A stretch of DNA of 64,000 nucleotides from Muribaculaceae bacterium. GTDB taxonomy: Bacteria > Bacteroidota > Bacteroidia > Bacteroidales > Muribaculaceae. The translations under genes and the position numbers were made by a program. The stretch covers positions 29,550 to 93,549 of the forward strand of contig JAGAUF010000103.1 in assembly GCA_017620885.1 (NCBI GenBank), in the 5' to 3' direction. Shown piece by piece: positions 1 through 9,719 of this stretch. Below the pieces are notes generated by a model. The model ran no database searches. It saw only the letters and a program-made list of their open reading frames with translations, and had not been told where the DNA came from. Positions within the stretch are counted from its first letter, which is position 1. Every line of letters starts with the position of its first letter.

Positions 1-219
1 GGATATATAAGACGCGAACGAGAAGTTGCCGACAAAATGCGTCGCCTTGAAAATGTACATATACCTGACGGCTTCGATTTTAATAGCATCAATTCGCTTT
101 CTACGGAAGCAAGGCAGAAGCTGTCAGCACATCGTCCCGAGACTATCGGACAGGCATCCCGCATTTCCGGCGTCTCTCCTGCCGATGTTTCCGTATTGCT
201 GCTACTGCTCGGTCGATAA
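1..219 (+). CDS. mnmG: tRNA uridine-5-carboxymethylaminomethyl modification enzyme MnmG (GidA), 3' end only
   Basis: Frame is open from base 1 (GYIRRERE...) to the C-terminal LSTEARQKL...RPETIGQASRISGVSPAD motif typical of MnmG. Confidence 0.92.
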   Translation, partial: GYIRREREVADKMRRLENVHIPDGFDFNSINSLSTEARQKLSAHRPETIGQASRISGVSPADVSVLLLLLGR

Positions 220-256
220 TTATAAATAGCTGTTTTAAAGAACGATATGTCGAGAT

Positions 257-272
257 TGTTTCACGTGGAACA
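257..272. promoter_or_regulatory. parS: parS centromere-like site (ParB binding)
   Basis: TGTTTCACGTGGAACA, one mismatch to the consensus TGTTTCACGTGAAACA; intergenic, right after mnmG. Confidence 0.88.
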
Positions 273-321
273 ATTTGCCGTTCAAATATTAAATGAATAA
301 ATACATAAAACTAAGATAACA

Positions 322-846
322 ATGAATCTTGAAGAATTGAAAGGTATCATTCGCGATGTCCCCGATTTCCCCTCAAAGGGAATCATGTTTCGCGACCTAA
401 CAACAATGATTAAAAATGGAGAAGCACTCCATTTTACCGGCGATGCTCTTGAGTCGCTTTATAAGGACAAAGGGGTTACGAAAGTAGTCGGTATCGAATC
501 TCGCGGTTTTATATGCGGATCAATCCTCGCTGACCGACTGAAATGCGGATTTGTGCCTGCACGCAAACCCGGTAAGTTGCCCTCGGTAACAATCAAAAAA
601 GCTTACGCAAAAGAGTATGGCGTCGATACAATCGAATTACACAGCGATGCAATCAATGAGAATGACATTGTTGTTATTCACGACGATTTGCTCGCAACGG
701 GAGGCACTATGGCTGCCTGCTACGATTTGGTAAAATCGATGAATCCTAAGAAAATCTACATTAATTTCATCGTCGAGCTCTCTGACCTTCATGGTCGCGA
801 CAACCTTCCCAAGGATTGCGAGGTAACTTCGCTCCTCGTATATTAA
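322..846 (+). CDS. apt: adenine phosphoribosyltransferase
   Basis: IRDVPDFPSKGIMFRD, ESRGF, RKPGKLP and PRPP-binding motif VVIHDDLLATGGT. Confidence 0.96.
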   Translation: MNLEELKGIIRDVPDFPSKGIMFRDLTTMIKNGEALHFTGDALESLYKDKGVTKVVGIESRGFICGSILADRLKCGFVPARKPGKLPSVTIKKAYAKEYGVDTIELHSDAINENDIVVIHDDLLATGGTMAACYDLVKSMNPKKIYINFIVELSDLHGRDNLPKDCEVTSLLVY

Positions 847-873
847 GCCTCTATCTCTTATCAAAACATACGT

Positions 874-920
874 AATAATCGAGAGTGGTTGTAAAATTTT
901 ATGGCCACTCTCGATTATTT
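874..920 (+). terminator. intrinsic terminator-like long hairpin after apt
   Basis: AATAATCGAGAGTGG...CCACTCTCGATTATT inverted repeat. Confidence 0.65.
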
Positions 921-1045
921 CGTAATTGATAGTTCCACCGTAATCCGGTGCCGTCGCACCTGTACAACGGATGTATTACTCTCACCCCTGCAGATGCCCA
1001 AATATAATAACCCAAGGACATCATGCGTTATATTTATAAAAAAGC

Positions 1046-2989
1046 GTGATGTCTGATAAAATTCTTCCCGACAACTTCTCCCTTTCTCAACCCGCCGATT
1101 TCATCGCGGGCGAAGGGCGCCTTATCAATGAAGAAAAAGGATTTCCGCTTGAAATTACCCCCGACAGAACGCGCGAGGATCTGTTCTATAATCGCCCCGG
1201 CAAACAGCTCCGCGATAAAATACTCGCCCTTCCCGAGTCTCCGGGCGTATATCTCTATATCGACCGAAGAGGGAAGGTGATTTATGTGGGCAAAGCCAAA
1301 CAACTCAAACGTCGCGTAAGTTCTTACTTCAACCGTCGCCATCCCAGTTCTCGTACAAATCTTCTGGTGCGCAATATCGTCGATATGCGCTTCATCGTCG
1401 TGCCGACGGAAGAAGATGCGCTCAACCTTGAAAACGCGATGATAAAGGAGTATCAGCCTCGCTATAATGTGCTCCTTAAAGACGACAAATCTTATCCGCA
1501 GATAGTGGTTACGGCTGAGCCGTTTCCGCGCGTTTTCATGACGCGAGACACCTCCGTCAAGGGGAAATATTACGGCCCGTACACCAACTCGCAGTCAGCC
1601 AAAGTCGTCCTTCAGCTCATACGCGATTATTTCCCTATACGCAGCTGCCGCCACGCGCTCGATGAAGAGAGCATAGCCCGTGGGAAATATCGCCTCTGCC
1701 TCGACTATCATATTCAGAAATGCGGAGGGGCGTGTTGCGCTAAAGTGACGCGCGAACAGTATGCAGAAAGCGTCGCAAAGGTAAAGCAGATTCTCAGCGG
1801 AGAAACGATCCTTCTGGAGCGACAACTCAAAAACGAGATGACCGCGCTGGCAGAACTGTTGCGTTTTGAAGAGGCGCAGTCGATAAAAGAAAAATACGAA
1901 GCAGTCAAAAAATACAATGCCAAAAGCGTAATCGGAACCCCTGACAGCGGCGACTCCGACCTCTTCGTTTACGTCGAAAAAGACGATACGGCCTGCGTCA
2001 ATTTCATGCATCTGCACAATGGCGCCGTCGTGCAGAGTCTCAACCTCGAATTCCGCCGACGCCTCGCTGAAACGCCCGCCGAAATCCTCTCGATGGCGAT
2101 AGTGGAGATAGGACGGCGATTCGAGCGAACCTTCGCCGACGTTATCGTCCCCTTCCTCCCCGACGTAGATTTTTCCGGTATCAATTTTACCGTTCCCAAA
2201 CGGGGTGACAAGAAAAAAATGCTTGAGGTAGGGGAGAAGAATGCCCGCCAGTATCTCGCCGACAAAGAAAAGATTGCGGAAAAACTCGATCCGGAGGCCG
2301 GCGTCGCCCGACTCATGAAGCAGATGCAGTCGGATTTCCGCCTGAATGTCGAACCACGCCACATCGAATGTTTCGACAACTCCAATATACAAGGCACCAA
2401 TCCCGTTGCAAGTTGCGTCGTTTTCCGCAATGGCAAACCCTGCAAACGCGACTATCGTCATTTCATTATAAAGACCGTGGAGGGCCCCGACGATTTCGCT
2501 TCGATGAAGGAGGTGTTGCATCGCAGATACTCGCGTATGATGGCTGAGGGCGAGCCGCTGCCTCAGCTTGTCGTCGTCGACGGCGGCAAAGGTCAGCTCA
2601 GCGCTGCAGTCGAAGCCTTCGACGAGATGGGAATCCGCGGCCAAGTTGCCCTTATCGGCATCGCCAAACGCCTTGAAGAAATTTATTTCCCCGGCGACAC
2701 GTTGCCCCTATATATAGATAAGACAAGCCGTTCGCTCAAGGTTATACAGGCGCTTCGCGACGAGGCGCATAGATTCGGCATCACACATCATCGGCTAAGA
2801 CGTTCTAAAACAATGTTAGTCAGCGAGTTAGGTGATATTAAGGGCGTCGGAAAAGTTACCGCTGCCACGCTCCGGAGCCACTTCCGCAGTATGAAGAAAA
2901 TTCGCGAAGCCTCACTCGAACAACTTACCGCCGCAATTGGAGCCGCTAAAGCGTCCCTCGTCTACGCCCACTTCCATCCCGAAAGATGA
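1046..2989 (+). CDS. uvrC: excinuclease ABC subunit C
   Basis: GIY-YIG (PGVYLY...IYVGKAKQLKRRVSSYF), IECFDNSNIQG RNase H-like domain, DGGKGQL, C-terminal HhH. Confidence 0.96.
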   Translation: MMSDKILPDNFSLSQPADFIAGEGRLINEEKGFPLEITPDRTREDLFYNRPGKQLRDKILALPESPGVYLYIDRRGKVIYVGKAKQLKRRVSSYFNRRHPSSRTNLLVRNIVDMRFIVVPTEEDALNLENAMIKEYQPRYNVLLKDDKSYPQIVVTAEPFPRVFMTRDTSVKGKYYGPYTNSQSAKVVLQLIRDYFPIRSCRHALDEESIARGKYRLCLDYHIQKCGGACCAKVTREQYAESVAKVKQILSGETILLERQLKNEMTALAELLRFEEAQSIKEKYEAVKKYNAKSVIGTPDSGDSDLFVYVEKDDTACVNFMHLHNGAVVQSLNLEFRRRLAETPAEILSMAIVEIGRRFERTFADVIVPFLPDVDFSGINFTVPKRGDKKKMLEVGEKNARQYLADKEKIAEKLDPEAGVARLMKQMQSDFRLNVEPRHIECFDNSNIQGTNPVASCVVFRNGKPCKRDYRHFIIKTVEGPDDFASMKEVLHRRYSRMMAEGEPLPQLVVVDGGKGQLSAAVEAFDEMGIRGQVALIGIAKRLEEIYFPGDTLPLYIDKTSRSLKVIQALRDEAHRFGITHHRLRRSKTMLVSELGDIKGVGKVTAATLRSHFRSMKKIREASLEQLTAAIGAAKASLVYAHFHPER

Positions 2990-3022
2990 ATAAAATAAAT
3001 ATATATCCCGAGCACTCTGCCC

Positions 3023-3070
3023 CCTCCGAGCCCTCCGAGTCCTCCGAGTTCTCCGAGTCCTCCGAGTCCT
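3023..3070. repeat. 9-bp tandem repeat (CTCCGAGYY, about 5 copies)
   Basis: ctccgagcc ctccgagtc ctccgagtt ctccgagtc ctccgagtc visible directly. Confidence 0.85.
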
Positions 3071-3119
3071 TAATATCCTTACCGACCTTAAGGATAACAC
3101 GAAGCGATTTCTCCGGCGA

Positions 3120-3345
3120 ATCCACGTAGTGGATGCAACAATGTAGCCGTGGGTCAGCGAGCGTTAGTGAGCGCCACCCACGGAATCGAACACCCCCATC
3201 CTCATCGTCCCCGTAGGGGCCGAACAAAAAAACGTCGCGGATTTGTACAACCTCAACGAGGTTGATTTTGTGGGGGTTACATATACCGTGGGTGGCGCGC
3301 TTCGCGCTGACCCACGGCTACATCCTACGACCTCTAACGAGGTCG
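3120..3345. mobile_element. REP/IS200-like palindromic non-autonomous element (MITE/REPIN-like)
   Basis: Perfect 19-bp inverted pair ATGTAGCCGTGGGTCAGCG (3141-3159) / CGCTGACCCACGGCTACAT (3305-3323); each arm is itself a CCGTGGGT...ACCCACGG hairpin, with four small flanking hairpins. No transposase nearby. Confidence 0.65.
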
Positions 3346-3562
3346 CGCCGACCCCAACCGCCACATTATCAAATATTTACCCAGCAAATCGCGGATTGGT
3401 TGCGCCAACGAATTTTGTGTTGATTTAGCCTTCTCTCCATTATTTTCAATAAAAATTCATCTTCGCACAGCCAATTCCTCGCCTCGTTTGTTATAACTAT
3501 AAAATCAAATTTCATCCATACCCGCTTAAGAACTTACTCATAACCTCATAACCCGAATTAAA

Positions 3563-5803
3563 ATGAAAAAAACAGATAGAACCGCTCAGAGCACGCGTAT
3601 GAAAAAAGGCGACCTGCTCAATAAGATAATGGCTTTCCTCCAGAAAGAAAGCAAAAAGGCATTCAACTATAAACAGGTAGCCTACGCTATCGGCGCCGAA
3701 CATACTGCCAACCGCATCGACATCATCAATATGCTCGACGATCTCGCCACTACCGGAGAAATCGTTGAAGTAAGTCTCGGCAGGTATAAAGCAAAATCCA
3801 ATCGCGGTACTGAGAACGTCGGTACATTTGTACGCCGCAGCAACGGCCGCAACGCCGTCATTATCGACGACGAACAAATCCTCGTAGCCGAGCGCAACTC
3901 TATGCACGCGCTCAACGGCGACAAAGTGCGCGTAGTCGTTTCAGCATCAAAACGCGGCCAAGAGCCTGAAGCTAAGGTTATCGACATTATCGAGGCCAAA
4001 GATCAAGTCTTCATCGGCACGCTTAAAGTTGAAAAAAACTATGCCTCCCTTATCACGGATTCCAAATTCCTTGCCGCTGACATCATCCTTCCGCGCACGA
4101 AGCTCAAAGGTGGAAAATCCGGCGACAAGGCAATCGCCCGTATAACATATTGGGATGACAACGAAATGAACCCGCGCGGCGAAATCGTCGACATCCTCGG
4201 CAAAGCCGGAGAGAATACAGCCGAGATGCACGCCATCCTCGCCGAATTCGGCCTGCCGTACAAATATCCTGAGTCGGTCGAGAAAGCAGCCAACAAGATC
4301 CTGCCCGGCATCACGCCCGAGGAGGTGGCAAAGCGTGAGGATTTCCGTCCTGTCACGACATTCACCATCGACCCCGCTGACGCTAAGGACTTCGACGACG
4401 CACTCTCTATCCGACAGCTCGCCAACGGCAACTGGGAAGTAGGCGTCCATATCGCTGACGTGACTCACTACATCGAACCCGGCTCTATTATCGACAAGGA
4501 GGCACGGCAACGCGCCACAAGCGTTTACCTCGTCGACCGCACCATCCCTATGCTCCCCGAGCATCTGTGCAACGGAATATGCTCCCTGCGTCCCAACGAG
4601 GACAAACTTACATTCTCGGCCATATTTGAGCTTGACAATGAGGCCAATATCATAAATTCGCGTATCGGTCGCACCGTGATATGTTCCGACCGCCGTTTCA
4701 CATACGAGGAGGCGCAAAACATCATCGAGACCGGCAAAGGTGATTTCGCCAAAGAAGTCTGCAAACTCAATGAATTGGCGCAGATTATGCGCCGCCGTCG
4801 CTTCGACCACGGAGCCCTTGAGTTCGGCCGGGCTGAGGTGAAATTCGAGATTGACAAAGACGGTAAGCCGCTCCGTGTATGGTTTAAGGAAAGTAAAGAA
4901 GCCAATAAGCTTATCGAGGAATTTATGCTCCTTGCCAATAAGACGGTCGCGGAATCCGTCGGCAAGACTCCGAAGGGGAAGAAAGCCAAAACATTCGTAT
5001 ATCGCGTGCACGACAATCCCGATCCCGAGAAAATCAGCAACTTCGCTCTTATCGCCTCCCGTTTCGGATATAAAGTCAATGCCGAGGGTCGCGCCAAGGA
5101 TGTCAATAAGAGCCTTAACCGACTCCTCAAGGATGTCAAGGGGAAAGGTGAGGAAAATATGCTCGCTATGCTTGCCATTCGATCTATGGCAAAGGCTGTC
5201 TATACAGTAGACAACGTGGGTCACTACGGCCTCGCGCTCGACTATTACACGCATTTCACCTCCCCCATACGACGTTATCCCGACATGACGGTGCATCGCC
5301 TGTTGCAGAGATATTTCGACAAAGGGCGTAGCGCGGACAAACTCAAAACGGAAGATCTGTGTAAACATTCTTCCGATATGGAACAGCTTGCCGCCAGCGC
5401 CGAGCGAGCCTCTATCCGCTACAAGCAGGTAGAGTTTATGCAGGATAAGCTCGGAGAAATCTTTACCGGCGTAATTTGTGGCGTCACCGAATGGGGCCTT
5501 TATGTAGAGCTTGAAGACAACCTTTGCGAAGGTCTCGTGCCCATCCGCGATCTCGCCGACGATTACTATGATCTCGATGAAAAGAACTACTGCCTTATCG
5601 GTCGCAAAAACCACAACAAATACACTCTCGGCGACCGTGTGAAGGTACAGGTGGCTCGTGCAGATCTTGAGCGCAAGCAGCTCGATTTCGCTCTCATCGA
5701 AGATGACGGTAATCCCAATCGTCCACCGATGAAGGAACACGGCAACAATCCTCGCGGCAAGAAGCAATCGCAGCGCAATTCCCGTCGCCGTTCCCGCCGT
5801 TAA
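3563..5803 (+). CDS. rnr: ribonuclease R
   Basis: RNB motif TIDPADAKDFDDALS, YTHFTSPIRRYPD, C-terminal S1 domain and basic tail. Confidence 0.96.
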   Translation: MKKTDRTAQSTRMKKGDLLNKIMAFLQKESKKAFNYKQVAYAIGAEHTANRIDIINMLDDLATTGEIVEVSLGRYKAKSNRGTENVGTFVRRSNGRNAVIIDDEQILVAERNSMHALNGDKVRVVVSASKRGQEPEAKVIDIIEAKDQVFIGTLKVEKNYASLITDSKFLAADIILPRTKLKGGKSGDKAIARITYWDDNEMNPRGEIVDILGKAGENTAEMHAILAEFGLPYKYPESVEKAANKILPGITPEEVAKREDFRPVTTFTIDPADAKDFDDALSIRQLANGNWEVGVHIADVTHYIEPGSIIDKEARQRATSVYLVDRTIPMLPEHLCNGICSLRPNEDKLTFSAIFELDNEANIINSRIGRTVICSDRRFTYEEAQNIIETGKGDFAKEVCKLNELAQIMRRRRFDHGALEFGRAEVKFEIDKDGKPLRVWFKESKEANKLIEEFMLLANKTVAESVGKTPKGKKAKTFVYRVHDNPDPEKISNFALIASRFGYKVNAEGRAKDVNKSLNRLLKDVKGKGEENMLAMLAIRSMAKAVYTVDNVGHYGLALDYYTHFTSPIRRYPDMTVHRLLQRYFDKGRSADKLKTEDLCKHSSDMEQLAASAERASIRYKQVEFMQDKLGEIFTGVICGVTEWGLYVELEDNLCEGLVPIRDLADDYYDLDEKNYCLIGRKNHNKYTLGDRVKVQVARADLERKQLDFALIEDDGNPNRPPMKEHGNNPRGKKQSQRNSRRRSRR

Positions 5804-5865
5804 TCCCGGCTTGCGAAAACTAATCTTTTAGCACAAGCATCCTGCACTCTCTCTCGCTTCACAAT

Positions 5866-5905
5866 ACAGCATCGGCTCGCCGTTCCCGGAAGTCGATGCT
5901 GTTTT
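5866..5905 (+). terminator. intrinsic terminator after rnr
   Basis: ACAGCATCGGCT...AGTCGATGCTGT hairpin followed by a T run. Confidence 0.7.
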
Positions 5906-6035
5906 AATGCCTGTGGATGCTCATTTATGCGAAGTGTTTTTATGCGTATTGAAGATCATTTATGGGTGTGTGAGGCGCTGGAAGGGGTGCTAATTGCTAA
6001 AATATGTTAAGAGATACCATTTTTCTCCCGTTATA

Positions 6036-6067
6036 TTTGCACAGCGAGATTTTTGGTTGTAATTTTG
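6036..6067 (+). promoter_or_regulatory. Bacteroidota sigma-ABfr promoter for the SRP RNA/tRNA-Thr
   Basis: TTTG (6036-6039), 20 nt spacer, TAATTTTG (6060-6067): matches the -33/-7 consensus. Confidence 0.75.
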
Positions 6068-6072
6068 CACTC

Positions 6073-6166
6073 GGGTGAGTCCTTCACGAGTAGCTCCCTT
6101 GAATCCCCCAGGTCTTGATCGAAGTAAGGGTAGTAGGTTGAGCGCTGCGATGTAGGTCGCTCGCCC
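6073..6166 (+). ncRNA. ffs: signal recognition particle RNA (small bacterial type, 4.5S)
   Basis: About 94-nt hairpin closed by GGGTGAGT/GCTCGCCC, with helix-8-like core GAATCCCCCAGG...AGTAAGGGTAG; between a promoter and tRNA-Thr. Confidence 0.75.
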
Positions 6167-6172
6167 TCCCCC

Positions 6173-6246
6173 GCCTCTTTAGCTCAGTTGGCCAGAGCAC
6201 GTGATTTGTAATCTCGGGGTCGTTGGTTCGAATCCGACAAGAGGCT
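6173..6246 (+). tRNA. tRNA-Thr(TGT)
   Basis: Acceptor GCCTCTT/AAGAGGC, D arm AGCTCAGTTGGCCAGAGC, anticodon loop TT-TGT-AA, T loop GGTTCGAATCC. Confidence 0.96.
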
Positions 6247-6351
6247 CGAAATGCTGCTCTCAGCATAGCGTTGAATGTTTTTCATAATTTTGTTTTGGCG
6301 GCGTGTTTATTCCTTAGACATGCCGTTTTTCTTTTATGATTTTTTCGCGTA

Positions 6352-6684
6352 ATGATGGTCTATGTCAATATAACTTTCCTCTGTGCGCATTATGAAACTG
6401 CTGAGCGTATCGCCGTGCTCAAAGGCGAGACGATTCCCACGCTATGCTCCGACAGCGTGATTCAATGGCGACTGATGCAGGTGGTTGATGTGCTCGGAAA
6501 TCCCGATTCCAAAGAGCAGGACACATCATTGCCGCTGCAATTCGCCTTCGGATCGCATAGCGACCGCATAGATTGGATCAACAAGATTATGATGCCGGCT
6601 TTGCAGGCTTACTCGAATCGCTTCGGCGAGAAGGGGCTCGTAATGGTCTCTCTTCTCGATGACGTGGCCGTCTCTGCAAAATAA
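6352..6684 (+). CDS. DUF4286-like small protein
   Basis: 110 aa ferredoxin-like pattern (YVNITF...LQF...[13 protein letters not shown]); its position before ruvC is typical of Bacteroidales. Confidence 0.55.
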   Translation: MMVYVNITFLCAHYETAERIAVLKGETIPTLCSDSVIQWRLMQVVDVLGNPDSKEQDTSLPLQFAFGSHSDRIDWINKIMMPALQAYSNRFGEKGLVMVSLLDDVAVSAK

Positions 6685-6712
6685 GCCGGGGTGTGCATTG
6701 CATCCTTTAGAT

Positions 6713-7306
6713 ATGGCTGTGCAACAGGAACTTAAAAAATACGACCGTATCATCCTCGGCATCGACCCGGGAACTAATGTGATGGGATACGGCGTCCTCG
6801 GCGTCGTGGGACGCCGACCGCAGCTCATCGTGATGGGAGTATTGAAGCTCAGCCGATTTGAAACACATTATATGCGCCTGCACCGCATCCACGAGAGAGT
6901 CCTCGGACTGTGCGAGCAGTATCTGCCGGATGAACTCGCTATTGAGGCCCCGTTCTTTGGAAAAAACGTACAATCGATGCTCAAGCTCGGACGGGCTCAG
7001 GGCGTGGCAATGGCGGCGGCTCTCTCCCGGGACATCCCGATAGCGGAATATCCCCCCCTCTCAATCAAGCAGGCCGTGACGGGTAACGGTGCCGCATCAA
7101 AGGAGCAGGTCGCTAATATGGTGAAGCGCCTTCTCTCCATCCCTGATGAAAAAATGCCAGACCTTCTCGATGCGACAGATGCTCTCGCCGCCGCCCTCGC
7201 TCATTTCTATGAGTCGCAGAAGCCGGCTGTAGCCCGAGGTCCTCAATCTTGGAAACAATTCCTCGCAGCGCATCCCGAACGTGTCGTGCCCCGTAAAAAT
7301 AAATGA
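6713..7306 (+). CDS. ruvC: crossover junction endodeoxyribonuclease RuvC
   Basis: [47 protein letters not shown]; ATG at 6713 chosen. Confidence 0.95.
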   Translation: MAVQQELKKYDRIILGIDPGTNVMGYGVLGVVGRRPQLIVMGVLKLSRFETHYMRLHRIHERVLGLCEQYLPDELAIEAPFFGKNVQSMLKLGRAQGVAMAAALSRDIPIAEYPPLSIKQAVTGNGAASKEQVANMVKRLLSIPDEKMPDLLDATDALAAALAHFYESQKPAVARGPQSWKQFLAAHPERVVPRKNK

Positions 7307-7327
7307 TTAATTTATAGCCAATTAAAT

Positions 7328-9580
7328 ATGCTTACATCAATACTTCTCTCGCTTGCAGCAGCCTCTGCACCGCAGACCTTTGTCGGTACAGACGCTTACG
7401 TATGGCGCGGCGATTCCATCATTCAGGGTGAATTTGCCGCAGTTGCCGTCTCATCTTACGAGATCCGTTCAAACTATCACGGTCGTCCCGGCTTTTTTAT
7501 GCCTGTCGATCAGGTGTGGAAACGTAAAAACGACCTTGCCGCTTATCCGCTCCTCAAAAGCGACAATAAGATGCATCAGGCCATCTACAATATGGGCCTC
7601 GACGAGATGGTGAATGCCGTGGAGCCTGACACCACTCTCCGCACCGGCAAAGAGTGGGCCGGAGTATGGACGCGCGACGTTTCATATTCCATCATCCTCT
7701 CTATGGCTGCCCTTCAGCCCGAAGCCTCCAAAATTTCGCTGATGAAGAAGGTCAATGCCGAGGGACAGATTATTCAGGATACAGGTAGCGGCGGAGCATG
7801 GCCGGTAAGCACCGACCGACTCGTATGGGCGCTTGCTGCCGATGAAATATATCGCGTGACGGGCGACAAGGAATGGCTTAAATATGCTTATCCGATTATC
7901 CGCAATTCAGTGGAGAAGGACGCCAAGACGGTTGTTTCGCCCGACGGACTCATTCAGGGTGAAACGTCTTTCATCGACTGGCGTGAACAGAGCTATCCCC
8001 GGTGGATGCAGACCGTCGACATCGCCCGCAGCGAGGCTTTCGGTACCAATGTCGTTCATGCCGCGGCCTTCCGCGTGCTTTCCAATATGGCGCAGGAACT
8101 CGGCAAAAAGAAGGAAGCAAAGGAATATGCCGAGCGTGCCGACCGACTTGTTGCAGACATCAACAAGACCTTCTGGCTTGACGACAAAGGGTATTTCGGC
8201 ATGTACACTTACGGCCGCGACAATATGATTGTAAATCCCCGTGCCGAATCGCTCGGTCTCGCTCTCTCCATCCTTTACGATGTCGCTACTCCGGAACAGG
8301 CGCAATCCATTGTTGAGAATGCTCCGACCACTCCTTACGGCGCACCGATATTCTATCCTCAGATAGCCGACCAACCCAACTATCATAACAACGCCCTCTG
8401 GCCCTTCGTCGGATCCTATTGGGCGCTGGCAAACGCCAAAGCAAAGAACGAGCAGGGCACGATGCAGGCCATCGGCTCTGTCTTCCGTCCCGCAGCTCTC
8501 TTCTGCACCAATAAGGAGAATTTCAATATGGACAACGGCGACTATTTCACGGAGTTGAATTCCTCCAATATGCTTTGGTCGCTCTCCGGTAACATCGCCT
8601 TGACCAACAAGATTCTCTTCGGTATCAATTTTGTCAAAGATGGAATCCTTTTCCGTCCCTTTGTTCCCGAAGCGCTCAATCAGCCCCGCGCCCTTGAAAA
8701 TTTCCCATACCGCGGAGGCAAGTTCTCGGTATCGGTGACAGGTTACGGCGACAAAATAGCCTCGATGACTGTCAATGGCAAAAAGTACAATCCGTCGCTT
8801 CCCGTTCCGGCCAAGACGCTCGCCAATGGAGCCACGGTGGAGATTGTTATGAATTCCGAGCCTATCGCTCCACTCAAGGTAAACAACGTGCCCAACAAAA
8901 AAGCGCCTCTCACTCCGCAGACGTGGATTGAAAACGGTGAATTGAGATGGAATCCCATCGAATACATCGCCTCATATGATGTTTGGCTGAACGGTGTGAA
9001 AGTAGCCAATACCCGGCGTACAAGCTGGCCACTCGACGCATTAGGGGAATGGCAGGTGACTGGAATAGATACGGACGGCATCTCCTCGTTCGCCTCCGAG
9101 CCACGTTCATTCCGTCCTTTTGTGACACTTGAGATGAACGAGGTCAAGACAGAGATGTCATCGCCTGAAATATCATACCGCCCGACAATACCTATGGATG
9201 GTTATACAGGCGACGGATTCGCGGAGACAGACCATAATGACAAAAAAGTCAGCGCGACCCTCGACACCGCAATGCTCGGAACTGAAAAATGTGGCCAATA
9301 TTATGTTTCCGTGCGGTATGCCAACGGCAACGGCCCCGTCAATACGGAAAACAAGTGCGCGGTCCGCACTCTCCATATAGATGGCAAGCCTGTCGGAACC
9401 ATTGTGATGCCTCACCGCGGAGTCGCCAACTGGAACGACTGGGGATACTCCAACTCGGTGCTCGTAGACATAACTCCCGGTGAACACGTCTTCACCCTTG
9501 AACTCCTGCCCGAAGATGAGAATATGAACCTGCATACCAACCACGCCCTCATTGACGCCGTCATCCTCACCCTCAAATAA
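7328..9580 (+). CDS. secreted six-hairpin glycoside hydrolase (glycogen-debranching/MGH1-like) with C-terminal CBM-like domain
   Basis: Signal peptide; WAGVWTRDVSYS, ETSFIDWREQSYP, YHNNALWPFV motifs; C-terminal VRYANGNG...NWNDW CBM35/CBM6-like module. Confidence 0.7.
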   Translation: MLTSILLSLAAASAPQTFVGTDAYVWRGDSIIQGEFAAVAVSSYEIRSNYHGRPGFFMPVDQVWKRKNDLAAYPLLKSDNKMHQAIYNMGLDEMVNAVEPDTTLRTGKEWAGVWTRDVSYSIILSMAALQPEASKISLMKKVNAEGQIIQDTGSGGAWPVSTDRLVWALAADEIYRVTGDKEWLKYAYPIIRNSVEKDAKTVVSPDGLIQGETSFIDWREQSYPRWMQTVDIARSEAFGTNVVHAAAFRVLSNMAQELGKKKEAKEYAERADRLVADINKTFWLDDKGYFGMYTYGRDNMIVNPRAESLGLALSILYDVATPEQAQSIVENAPTTPYGAPIFYPQIADQPNYHNNALWPFVGSYWALANAKAKNEQGTMQAIGSVFRPAALFCTNKENFNMDNGDYFTELNSSNMLWSLSGNIALTNKILFGINFVKDGILFRPFVPEALNQPRALENFPYRGGKFSVSVTGYGDKIASMTVNGKKYNPSLPVPAKTLANGATVEIVMNSEPIAPLKVNNVPNKKAPLTPQTWIENGELRWNPIEYIASYDVWLNGVKVANTRRTSWPLDALGEWQVTGIDTDGISSFASEPRSFRPFVTLEMNEVKTEMSSPEISYRPTIPMDGYTGDGFAETDHNDKKVSATLDTAMLGTEKCGQYYVSVRYANGNGPVNTENKCAVRTLHIDGKPVGTIVMPHRGVANWNDWGYSNSVLVDITPGEHVFTLELLPEDENMNLHTNHALIDAVILTLK

Positions 9581-9670
9581 ATAAATATTCGCGAGCAACG
9601 CCGCGAGCAGGAAGAGAATAATAACCAACGCCGCGTGGCGCTAAGCCTTCACAGGCATCTGTGATATAGG

Positions 9671-9719
9671 TCGCCAATAATCTGCGAGAAAAGAATCCTC
9701 ATAGATTATTGGCGATTTT
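9671..9719 (+). terminator. intrinsic terminator separating the GH gene from deoC
   Basis: TCGCCAATAATCT...AGATTATTGGCGA followed by TTTT. Confidence 0.75.

Noticed and set aside
26-229. 67-aa ORF in an alternative frame
   Set aside because: Overlaps the mnmG C-terminus, which explains the region.
3023-3070. Possible CRISPR array (also 20621-20677, 36317-36379, 45821-45871)
   Set aside because: Units are 9-12 bp and directly adjacent, with no unique spacers and no cas genes.
2912-3428. Four short ORFs between uvrC and rnr
   Set aside because: They are translations of the tandem repeat and palindromic element, with low-complexity products.
3947-5767. 606-aa minus-strand ORF
   Set aside because: Antisense shadow of rnr with no recognisable motifs. 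The same applies to other long antisense ORFs (1595-2644, 9821-10840, 16830-17810, 29070-29975, 50063-50986, 53534-54970).
6084-6266. 60-aa minus-strand ORF
   Set aside because: Antisense to the SRP RNA and tRNA-Thr.
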